The position numbers and the translations under genes were made by a program. From a virus (lineage: Duplodnaviria > Caudoviricetes), in the IMG/VR virus record IMGVR_UViG_3300037010_001838: 64,000 nt of DNA, one strand, 5' to 3'. Shown here piece after piece: positions 48,886-56,098 of this stretch; the first letter of the stretch is position 1, and each line of letters starts with the position of its first letter. A model generated the notes under the pieces. It worked only from the letters and a program-made list of their open reading frames with translations, was not told the DNA's origin and ran no database searches.

Positions 48886-49157
48886 ACACCAAGAATGAAG
48901 ACCCTGGACCGGCGTCGGTTGTTACTTGATTTTCATAATGCAATACCCTAAATACAGATGTGGTAATTGACCCTACGGTATACAGCAAAAACGACCGATG
49001 GTGTTCCAATAACATAATATCTGGATACGGATGTATATGTTGGAATAGTACCAAATGTTTGGAGTGGGGTTGTGTTTATTGCTGGCATGATGTATTTTTC
49101 TTAAAACTTAATAATAAATATAAAGGTATAAACGACAAACTTAAAAGGAACAATCAA

Positions 49158-49709
49158 ATGAAATTAAAAGACCTAATTCCTCTAACAGAAAATACTACAG
49201 ACTGGGTTGTGTATAAAGTTACCAACTCTAACAACCATAGCACTTATTATGGGTATGGAAAGGGTAATTTAAGACAGACGTTCTTAGCTGGTGCTAATCG
49301 GAACGCTGCCGATAGAACAGAAGCAAAATATGTGAACGCAGCAGGTGGAATTGATAATTGCAAATTTAAAGAGATGGAAATTTTTGATAGCGAATATGAA
49401 GCTTTTATGGAACGAAACGATCTTCGTTCAAAAGATCCAGATTCAATCACAGGGCCATCACGTTTACCATCAGGAATGTTCGAACGTGCCCTAAAAGAAA
49501 ATCCAAAACGAGTTAGTGGATGGAAATTAGGAGCTAGTATTAATGACGAGACTGCAAGAGGAGCCATGAAGAATTTTCCTGAAGAATGTGTGTATGATAC
49601 TAAGAGACTGAGAGATCTTGTTGGAACAGATAAAAAATTAGAAGCTCAAGTTAAAAAAGATTTGGACAGTATGACTTATCCTGCATTTATAAAGAAGTAC
49701 AACCTGTAA
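49158..49709 (+). CDS. GIY-YIG-like protein with MKLKDL N-terminus
   Basis: AAAGGA SD; VVYKVTN...YYGY...E.FM.E pattern. Confidence 0.55.
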   Translation: MKLKDLIPLTENTTDWVVYKVTNSNNHSTYYGYGKGNLRQTFLAGANRNAADRTEAKYVNAAGGIDNCKFKEMEIFDSEYEAFMERNDLRSKDPDSITGPSRLPSGMFERALKENPKRVSGWKLGASINDETARGAMKNFPEECVYDTKRLRDLVGTDKKLEAQVKKDLDSMTYPAFIKKYNL

Positions 49710-49789
49710 CTTATATTATTATAGTGAACTGGACATCAACGGATGTATCAAGTTGACTCTTTGATTAAAAAGATATATAATATTTTATT

Positions 49790-50030
49790 GATTTGTGGTG
49801 CCCGAATCCCTTTATGGTAAAGACACCACGAAAATAGTCCAGTGGACCTCAGAAACGGTGTATGTGTAGTGGTAGGCGCTAAACGTTGATACATACACTA
49901 GCCGTAAGGACCTCCTGAAGTAACAGGACACCTTGGATATTGCGGGTTAAGAACCTGTTGCCAAGGATGCGATAGTGTGAAGCCGACGAAGACGGGCTCA
50001 AACCTGGCAAGGAAGTGGAAAGCTTCCAAA
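49790..50030 (+). ncRNA. candidate structured small RNA of about 240 nt
   Basis: TTGACT-17-TATAAT (49753-49781); stems GTGGTG/CACCAC, GTGTATGT/ACATACAC, CCTTGG/CCAAGG, GGAAG/CTTCC. Confidence 0.6.
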
Positions 50031-50044
50031 TTTAAACTTTTTTG

Positions 50045-50073
50045 TTGACTTTTATAAATAAGTCATATATACT
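50045..50073 (+). promoter_or_regulatory. tRNA-operon promoter 2
   Basis: Identical to 27290-27318 and 63401-63429. Confidence 0.9.
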
Positions 50074-50127
50074 TGTATCAACAGTTGAGCAAAGTGCTCA
50101 ATAAATTTAATTAATGGAGATTTGCAA

Positions 50128-50226
50128 ATGATTTTTACGACTTTCTTTACAGCGTTTACAACCCCTGAGGCATGGCATGCCCCAGAGATGGCTGTGTGCG
50201 CTCTTGAGGAAGGTTGGAAAAACTAA
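50128..50226 (+). CDS. leader (attenuator) peptide 2, MIFTTFFTAFTTPEAWHAPEMAVCALEEGWKN
   Basis: GGAG SD; 32 codons; codons 3-22 are only Phe/Thr/Ala/Pro/Glu/Trp/His/Met. Confidence 0.8.
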   Translation: MIFTTFFTAFTTPEAWHAPEMAVCALEEGWKN

Positions 50227-50244
50227 AAAGTTTCCAGAAATTCT

Positions 50245-50276
50245 AAAAAGGGCGCTCCGAAAAAGCGCCCTTTTTT
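50245..50276 (+). terminator. attenuator terminator 2
   Basis: AAAAAGGGCGCT/AGCGCCCTTTTT; 5' arm also pairs with GCGCTCTT (50198-50205). Confidence 0.9.
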
Positions 50277-50307
50277 ATTGTTTGTTGATTTTGTAGTAAA
50301 TGTTTTA

Positions 50308-50327
50308 AACTGTTCATTAACAATTTG
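50308..50327 (+). promoter_or_regulatory. boxA-like site 2
   Basis: AACTGTTCATTAACAATTTG. Confidence 0.65.
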
Positions 50328-50338
50328 GATTCGTTTGT

Positions 50339-50412
50339 CAGGGTGTGGGAAAGTTTGGTAATCCGCGAGTTTTGGAAACTCGAGACCACTGGTTCAAATC
50401 CAGTCATCCTGA
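50339..50412 (+). tRNA. tRNA-Pro(TGG)
   Basis: CAGGGTG/CATCCTG-A; CGAGT-TTTGGAA-ACTCG. Confidence 0.9.
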
Positions 50413-50440
50413 CAAACGAATTCTAAACAAAAAATATTAT

Positions 50441-50516
50441 CTCTGTGTGGTGCAATCTGGTAGCATAGCTGGTCCGGAGCCAGGCGATCAAGGTTCAAAT
50501 CCTTGCATGGAGACCA
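50441..50516 (+). tRNA. tRNA-Pro(CGG)
   Basis: CTGG-TCCGGAG-CCAG (C33 atypical); CCA. Confidence 0.7.
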
Positions 50517-50523
50517 AACGAAT

Positions 50524-50602
50524 GGGGTTAGGGACTGCTTGGCGTGGTCGCCGCACTTGCAATACGGAAAACAGCTCGGTTCAAATCCGAGTAGCTCCAC
50601 CA
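50524..50602 (+). tRNA. tRNA-Ala(TGC)
   Basis: GGGGTTA/TAGCTCC with G3-U70; CTTGCAA loop; CCA. Confidence 0.9.
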
Positions 50603-50605
50603 AAT

Positions 50606-50653
50606 GGGTGATTCGGGTGGCTAAGGCGGGTTCGATTCCCGTATGCTCCACCA
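50606..50653 (+). tRNA. truncated tRNA (T-arm plus CCA only)
   Basis: GCGGG-TTCGATT-CCCGT-ATGCTCC-ACCA in 48 nt. Confidence 0.45.
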
Positions 50654-50685
50654 AAAGAACTTTTAAATGTTGAAGTTCTTTTAAT

Positions 50686-50744
50686 GGGGGCATGATGGTT
50701 GCTGCCGACGGGCAAGACGAGTTCGATTCTCGTATCGTCCACCA
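50686..50744 (+). tRNA. truncated tRNA lacking D-arm
   Basis: ACGAG-TTCGATT-CTCGT-ATCGTCC-ACCA in 59 nt. Confidence 0.45.
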
Positions 50745-50793
50745 AAGTTTGTAAACCAAAGTTTGTAATTAGAGTGTGCTAAAACTAAAAAAT

Positions 50794-50880
50794 GCACGGG
50801 AAGTCAGATGGATTGGACACCACCCTTTCAAGGTGGCAGGTGAAAACCGTTTGCGGGTTCGAGTCCCGTTCCGTGCTCCA
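50794..50880 (+). tRNA. tRNA-Glu(TTC) with long variable arm
   Basis: CCACC-CTTTCAA-GGTGG; 16-nt variable region; CCA. Confidence 0.85.
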
Positions 50881-50900
50881 ATTTTCACAAGTAAAACAAC

Positions 50901-50972
50901 TTTCAGTATAGTGTAATGGTTAGCACGACCCCGTTGGTGGGTTAGAGTGTGGTTCGATTCCCACCTGAATAT
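50901..50972 (+). pseudogene. degenerate tRNA
   Basis: D-arm GTGT/GCAC and T-arm GTGG-TTCGATT-CCCAC present; anticodon loop and acceptor degraded. Confidence 0.4.
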
Positions 50973-51042
50973 GACAACTAGAGAGCAAGCTACTCTTTCA
51001 TTGGTGGTCTGATCAACTAAGATGACAAGTGAAACGATTAAC

Positions 51043-51120
51043 GTAACTGTAGCTCCAATCACGCAGAGCATTTGTCTAAAAAGCAAAGTGTTGCGGGTCC
51101 GAATCCTACTGGTTACACCA
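51043..51120 (+). tRNA. tRNA-Phe(AAA)
   Basis: GTAACTG/TGGTTAC-A-CCA; GCTC/GAGC; TTTGT-CTAAAAA-GCAAA. Confidence 0.75.
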
Positions 51121-51149
51121 AACGAATTTACTTACAAATTCGTTATAAA

Positions 51150-51225
51150 GCCGCTATAGCAAAGATGGTCTATGCGACGGACTGAAAATCCGAGGATCTC
51201 CGATCGTTACGGAGTGGCGGCGCCA
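51150..51225 (+). tRNA. tRNA-Phe(GAA)
   Basis: CGGA-CTGAAAA-TCCG; atypical T-loop ATCGTTA; CCA. Confidence 0.8.
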
Positions 51226-51230
51226 AACAA

Positions 51231-51356
51231 CGCTCCAACAAGTGCTGTGGGTAAGCCTATCGTTAAAAAACGAGATTGAAATCTCGGCTGAGGTTTCATT
51301 GAGTTTTACAAAACGGTGAAAATTCTAGACAGGGTTCGATTCCCTACGAGTGACCA
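51231..51356 (+). ncRNA. 126-nt tRNA-like RNA ending in ACCA
   Basis: CGCTC/GAGTG terminal stem, AGGG-TTCGATT-CCCT, internal CGAGAT/ATCTCG hairpin. Confidence 0.45.
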
Positions 51357-51490
51357 ACAACGGACACTAGACATTTGACATAGTGTCCACTGAATTAAAT
51401 CTTGGTTTTCTAGTATACTAAGAGTATAATTAACATTATATTTGTAATTTGCGTTTTCGAATAAATATACCACTTGTTGGAAAAATTAAC

Positions 51491-52093
51491 ATGATCAAAA
51501 ATTTTATGTTTTTAATGATGCTGGTTGTTTCAACACATGTTTACGCTCTTAGTTATTCTATTGTAAATTGGAGACTGATATTGTCGGGTGATATCACGAA
51601 AAAAGATTTAACCGAAATGCCAAAATATCTGACAAATCAAATAGATACAGTTGTGTTTGATAGTGTAAATGGAGGAGATGCTGGAACGACTTTAGAGTTG
51701 CTTCCATTATTTGAAGCAAGACCGAGAGTTCATATCGTTTCTGGGTTTTGTGAAAGTTCCTGTGTAATTATGTTTTTAGCCGGAACAGATAGAATATCTT
51801 ATGGTATAATTGGACTCCATTCTGTATATTCGTATGACACAAACAAGATAAACCCCCATCTAAGCCATCTCTTTAATAAGTATGTTGAAAAAAGACTTGG
51901 TTCAAAGTATGACAAGCAGTTATTTTCTTTTGTTTTTAATAAAATGATAGACCACAATGAATTGTTGATTTTTAGCAAAAATGATTTTGGAAAATTGTGT
52001 GGTTCTGATTCTTGTGGGACACCAATCGCAAGAACTGCTGAAGAACTGGGATTGACAACAGATAAACATTTTATGTTAACATCCAACTGGTAA
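51491..52093 (+). CDS. secreted protein with ClpP/crotonase-like motifs
   Basis: Signal peptide; FDSVNGGD, CESSCVIMFLAG, IGLHS. Confidence 0.6.
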   Translation: MIKNFMFLMMLVVSTHVYALSYSIVNWRLILSGDITKKDLTEMPKYLTNQIDTVVFDSVNGGDAGTTLELLPLFEARPRVHIVSGFCESSCVIMFLAGTDRISYGIIGLHSVYSYDTNKINPHLSHLFNKYVEKRLGSKYDKQLFSFVFNKMIDHNELLIFSKNDFGKLCGSDSCGTPIARTAEELGLTTDKHFMLTSNW

Positions 52094-52098
52094 CAAAC

Positions 52099-52172
52099 GC
52101 CGCCTTCGTATAATGGTATTACGCAACCTTTGTAACGTTGATATGTCAGTTCGATTCTGACAGGTGGCTCCA
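52099..52172 (+). tRNA. tRNA-Thr(TGT)
   Basis: TTTGTAA loop; GCCGCCT/AGGTGGC-T-CCA. Confidence 0.9.
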
Positions 52173-52266
52173 AATTGATTGTAAAATTTGACTTGCAAGC
52201 AACCGAGTTGGAATAGCTGGAGTGACTCTGGTAGACGGTTCAATTCCGTATCAATCAATTAACAAT

Positions 52267-52342
52267 GGTGACCATAGTGTAAAGGTAGCATTTCTCGCTG
52301 TGAACGAGGAGGAGTGGGTTCAATTTCCCACTGGTCACCCCA
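52267..52342 (+). tRNA. tRNA-His(GTG)
   Basis: 8-bp acceptor with G-1, CTGTGAA loop, CCA. Confidence 0.9.
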
Positions 52343-52386
52343 ATTCAATCGTTGACTTTTTATAATAAATCTGTAAAATTAGTTTT

Positions 52387-52442
52387 AAGACACTAACAGC
52401 AACTCAAAAAACTTTCTATGCTAAGGAAACTAAACGTGTCTT
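52387..52442 (+). ncRNA. AAGACAC-TAACAGCAA...GTGTCTT motif, copy 2
   Basis: Same ends as 38051-38112 with a different loop. Confidence 0.55.
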
Positions 52443-52567
52443 GTTCACAAAAACAGTAACTAAAACAAGGAGGGTAGGGAAATGCTAAACGCAAACAAAA
52501 ATGGAAGAAACACTTCGGTCTAAGACAAGTAGGAATAACTACCGACAACAAACCAGTTATCAGTGGT

Positions 52568-52804
52568 TTGGATGTATTCAAACACACAGAAACTCTTGGT
52601 ATCCCTCTCGAATTTATAATTGACCATATTAAAGAAAACAACTGTGTTGTAAATTGGTTGGAGTTTTTAACTGTGTCGATTGAGCACGGGTGGAACATAA
52701 AATCAACAATAACAAAAATTGAATATGCTCTCGTTGATGTATACGATAAGGTGTATGCAAACGAAGTAATTTCAAGGTTAAAACAACTAATCGCTTTCAA
52801 TTAG
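52568..52804 (+). CDS. hypothetical protein (F...T.G.PL motif, AlaRS-like fragment)
   Basis: FKHTETLGIPLEFI; start uncertain, frame opens near 52485. Confidence 0.5.
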   Translation: MDVFKHTETLGIPLEFIIDHIKENNCVVNWLEFLTVSIEHGWNIKSTITKIEYALVDVYDKVYANEVISRLKQLIAFN

Positions 52805-52899
52805 TAAGGAACATTAAATTCAAATTTCCCCTAAACTGGTTTGATAAATATAAAATGGTTTGATAAATAGTGCTACAATATCGACCCAAAGGAAATCAA

Positions 52900-53946
52900 A
52901 TGTCAAAAGTTCTATTTATATTGAAGCGAAAAGAAAATTACGGTGTGGCTAATTTTCATGAACCAAGAGGATTGTCAACGGGTTTACTAAATTCAGCGTC
53001 ATATGTAAGTGATATGTTAAACAGTATTGGAATTTCATCAGAGATTGAAATTGCTGTCGATAATAATTGCATTGACAGGATTGTAACACAACACAAACCT
53101 TCCGTTGTGATTATAGAAGCTTTGTGGGTTGTTCCAGAAAAATTTGAAATTCTTCAAAAACTTCATCCTAGTATTCGTTGGATTGTAAGACTTCACAGTG
53201 AAGTTCCGTTTATGGCTCAAGAAGGAATTGCATTCGCTTGGATTACTGACTATTTAAAATATAAAAACGTTTACGTTGGTGTCAATTCACTAAGAATGGT
53301 TAAAAGTTTAATAAACCTTCATTTGAATAGTGAGGGGGCTGAAGATAAGTTTTTGTTTATGCCAAACTATTATCCAATTTTAAACACAAAAACAAAAGTT
53401 CCTGATTATAAATCAGAGGAACTCAACATTGGATGCTTTGGGGCTGTTAGACCATTGAAAAATCATATACACCAAGCACTAGCAGCAATTCACTTTGCTG
53501 ACAAAGAAAACAAAAAACTTAATTTTCACATTAACGCTAACAGACTTGAAATGAAAGGGGAACCAATTCTCCACAATTTACGAAGAATGTTTGACCGTCA
53601 GAAACAACATGGTCATAAATTAGTCGAACACGCATGGCAACCAAGAGAAGAATTTTTGGAATTGTGCGGGCAAGTGGATGTTGGAATGCAGGTGTCTTTT
53701 AGTGAAACGTTTAATATTGTTGGGGCGGACCTTATAAATCAAGGGATTCCAGTTGTTTCTTCAAGTGAAATTCCATGGGCAGTAGGATTTTTTGGTGCAA
53801 GTCCAGTAGACCAAGATTCCATCGAACGTGGGTTAAGTAGAGCATATCATTGTCCGAGAACGAATAGATATCTCAACTTCTTGAAATTACATTCTTATTC
53901 AGAAAATAGTTTAAGTGTGTGGAAAAAATTATTTTCTAATGTGTAA
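52900..53946 (+). CDS. glycosyltransferase (GT-B, family 4-like)
   Basis: GCFGAVRPLKN, SFSETFNIVGAD, GIPVVSS. Confidence 0.8.
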   Translation: MSKVLFILKRKENYGVANFHEPRGLSTGLLNSASYVSDMLNSIGISSEIEIAVDNNCIDRIVTQHKPSVVIIEALWVVPEKFEILQKLHPSIRWIVRLHSEVPFMAQEGIAFAWITDYLKYKNVYVGVNSLRMVKSLINLHLNSEGAEDKFLFMPNYYPILNTKTKVPDYKSEELNIGCFGAVRPLKNHIHQALAAIHFADKENKKLNFHINANRLEMKGEPILHNLRRMFDRQKQHGHKLVEHAWQPREEFLELCGQVDVGMQVSFSETFNIVGADLINQGIPVVSSSEIPWAVGFFGASPVDQDSIERGLSRAYHCPRTNRYLNFLKLHSYSENSLSVWKKLFSNV

Positions 53947-53980
53947 TTAATTGAATTAACCACGAGGAGATTAAAGAACT

Positions 53981-54349
53981 ATGAAGATTGAAGAGTTAAT
54001 GGAAAGTTTGGTTGTTTGGAAACCAATTGACGGTTGGTCAAACTATGAAGTTTCTAACACAGGACAAGTTCGTTCGACTAAAACAAATAAAGTTTTGGCC
54101 CAAGAAGAACACTACGGTCACGACAAAAAATCTCCGTATATGAGAGTTCACTTGTCACAAAATGGAGTCAAAAAACACCTTAGAGTGAACAGGTTAGTTG
54201 CATATGCTTTTATTGGACCACCACCAGATCGTAATATGCACGTAGACCATAAAGATAATAACACCAGAAATAACAAATCAACAAATCTTCAGTGGCTTAC
54301 TCCTACTGAAAATTTAAAAAAACGTCTAGCACATAAGTCAGAACATTAA
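53981..54349 (+). CDS. NUMOD4-HNH homing endonuclease
   Basis: WKPIDGWSNYEVSNTGQVRS; HVDHKDNNTRNNKSTNLQWLT..EN. Confidence 0.9.
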   Translation: MKIEELMESLVVWKPIDGWSNYEVSNTGQVRSTKTNKVLAQEEHYGHDKKSPYMRVHLSQNGVKKHLRVNRLVAYAFIGPPPDRNMHVDHKDNNTRNNKSTNLQWLTPTENLKKRLAHKSEH

Positions 54350-54375
54350 TTACAAAAACTGTTTCTATTTCAAAA

Positions 54376-54450
54376 GCCACATAAGCAGAACTGGTGATGC
54401 GCCTGTTTCGTAATCAGGAAATACGTTGGGTTCAAGTCCCCGATGTGGCA
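54376..54450 (+). tRNA. tRNA-Thr(CGT)
   Basis: CCTG-T-TTCGTAA-T-CAGG; GCCACAT/ATGTGGC. Confidence 0.85.
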
Positions 54451-54459
54451 CCTACACAA

Positions 54460-54760
54460 AAATAACTAAACCTTCTATATCTATAAATTTATCGATAATA
54501 GCGTCTTCAATTAAAGATTTGTTTCCAGAAAAGGTGTCTCATCAAATAGTTGGTCTTGAACTTATTGGTGATGAATTAATCGCAACGCTTGAAACTTTGG
54601 ATACACCAGAAGGAATTGAAGTCAAAACACTGATTGAGAATGTCCCCACTGAATGTCGACCAACCGGAGTTGGGTATATCGTTGATGACCCAACAGGACA
54701 ATCATCTGGAATAATTAAAGAAGAATTTAGGATTTACGAATGTTGCGATAGTTCCAAAAG
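54460..54760 (+). pseudogene. prohead protease (T4 gp21-like) fragment
   Basis: KVSHQIVGLELIGDELIATLETLDTPEG..VK.LI...RPTGVG resembles gp21 core; no clear start. Confidence 0.45.
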
Positions 54761-54766
54761 ATTAAT

Positions 54767-54840
54767 AGACCACAAGTGTTACGGTAGCACAGCGGCCTCC
54801 AAAGCCGCGGGTCGGGGTTCGACTCCCTGGTGGTCTGCCA
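54767..54840 (+). tRNA. tRNA-Trp(CCA)
   Basis: GCGGC-CTCCAAA-GCCGC; G73 CCA. Confidence 0.92.
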
Positions 54841-54918
54841 AATGGATGAAAATGTATAGATTTGAAGTGTACGTGATAGATCGAGAAGGTTTTGGTCCAC
54901 ATGGTGCAAGATAATATT

Positions 54919-54995
54919 GGTGATGTGGGTGAAAAGGTAATACCGCCTTGCTCATAACGAGGAACATTCCAGTTCGATTCTGGACATCACCACCA
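54919..54995 (+). tRNA. tRNA-Met(CAT), elongator (or Ile2)
   Basis: CCTTG-CTCATAA-CGAGG; paired 1-72; CCA. Confidence 0.85.
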
Positions 54996-55028
54996 AGACA
55001 TTAAAACGCAAAAAACGTGTCTTGTTGC

Positions 55029-55102
55029 GCCCTTATAGTATATTGGTATTACTCTTCTCTGGTATAGAAGGAAATGCAGTTCAATTCTGCATGAGGGCAC
55101 CA
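55029..55102 (+). tRNA. tRNA-Thr(GGT)
   Basis: CTTCT-CTGGTAT-AGAAG; CCA. Confidence 0.88.
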
Positions 55103-55129
55103 TAAATAATAAAAACTGGAGAATCTAAC

Positions 55130-55366
55130 ATGAAAATTCGTGATTTCTTAAATGAAACTGTTTACAATTTAAATAAAACTGATGATATAGATAAAGGAAA
55201 TATTGATCCAGAGAAATATTATGTGTTTATCAGAACTGTTGACCCAACACTTGTCGGACCTTTTAACACATCAAGTGAAGCACATAAATACATGAATGGA
55301 GAGTATGTTACTGATCGTGTAGAAAAGATCGTTGTAAGTGGAACTGAAGCAAAAAGATTATTTTAA
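55130..55366 (+). CDS. hypothetical protein with MKIRDFLNE N-terminus
   Basis: GGAG SD, ATAAATA upstream. Confidence 0.65.
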   Translation: MKIRDFLNETVYNLNKTDDIDKGNIDPEKYYVFIRTVDPTLVGPFNTSSEAHKYMNGEYVTDRVEKIVVSGTEAKRLF

Positions 55367-55395
55367 ACGAATCCAACTTGTTTGTTGATATTAGT

Positions 55396-55510
55396 GTTGT
55401 TGTATATCAGTTGGTTAGAGATAACGTCTGCTCGAGGGTGTAGCCCCCGGTAAAGGACCGCAACGCTGCAGATAAAACGTTCGCCGATGGTTCGAGTCCA
55501 TCCAACAACA
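55396..55510 (+). tRNA. tRNA with about 42-nt insertion in the anticodon loop (CTG|TAAA gives GTA; isotype uncertain)
   Basis: GTTGTTG/CAACAAC-A; AACGT/ACGTT stem; GATGG-TTCGAGT-CCATC; insert 55431-55472. Confidence 0.7.
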
Positions 55511-55519
55511 CTAGATTTT

Positions 55520-55593
55520 GGGGCTGTAGTATAAAGGGATTACGGAAGCTTTGCAAGCTTTTTATCGGGGTTCGATTCCCCGCAGTTCCACCA
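55520..55593 (+). tRNA. tRNA-Ala(TGC)
   Basis: GGGGCTG/CAGTTCC-A-CCA with G3-U70; TTTGCAA loop. Confidence 0.9.
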
Positions 55594-55742
55594 AATTTTA
55601 CAATACAGGAAAGTAACGGAACCGAGAGCCTGTATCTCTCCGACGTTCCAGCCTTTTAATTCAGTTGTCTTCAAATTTAACATCTGGTATAATCTCTTAT
55701 AATAAATACTTTACAAATATAACTATAATGGAGAACAATATT

Positions 55743-56096
55743 ATGTCAATAAAAGAACTTGTAGCAATAAGTGATACACCATCAAAGATAGAAAAGGTGG
55801 AAAAGATATCTTCTGACATTTTAATAATTGTTCGAGATATGATAGCAACTATGGAACACCATAACCTCAAATATATTACAGCTCCAGACATTGGTGTTAA
55901 CCAACAAATTATCGCAGTTGATGTTACAGATCACGAACTTGGTATTTTAATAGCAGTAAATCCTGAAGTTGTGTACGATGAAGATGAGGTGTTAATTGTT
56001 GAATATGTTGATTTGTCAGGTCAAGTACAATCATCAGTATTCCACAAAAAACTCGCTAGTTTTATTCGCCACGCGTTATATGAAATTGGGGTATAA
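55743..56096 (+). CDS. peptide deformylase-like protein, catalytic motifs degenerate
   Basis: DMIATM, APDIGVNQQI, VNPEV, VEYVDLSG present; EGCLS absent, HExxH replaced by HALYE. Confidence 0.6.
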   Translation: MSIKELVAISDTPSKIEKVEKISSDILIIVRDMIATMEHHNLKYITAPDIGVNQQIIAVDVTDHELGILIAVNPEVVYDEDEVLIVEYVDLSGQVQSSVFHKKLASFIRHALYEIGV

Positions 56097-56098
56097 CA

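Noticed and set aside
49790-50030. RNase P RNA
   Set aside because: Only a loose GAAA..AGTCC resemblance; the conserved P4 partner sequence was not found.
50345-51086. ORFs over tRNA cluster 2 (50345, 50394, 50769) and similar frames at 33798, 39951, 51799, 54727
   Set aside because: They overlap well-formed tRNAs and are artefacts of tRNA sequence.
55431-55472. Canonical archaeal bulge-helix-bulge splice motif in the tRNA inserts
   Set aside because: A 4-bp CTGC/GCAG helix exists, but standard BHB cleavage would leave a 9-nt loop; the 27573 insert shows no BHB.
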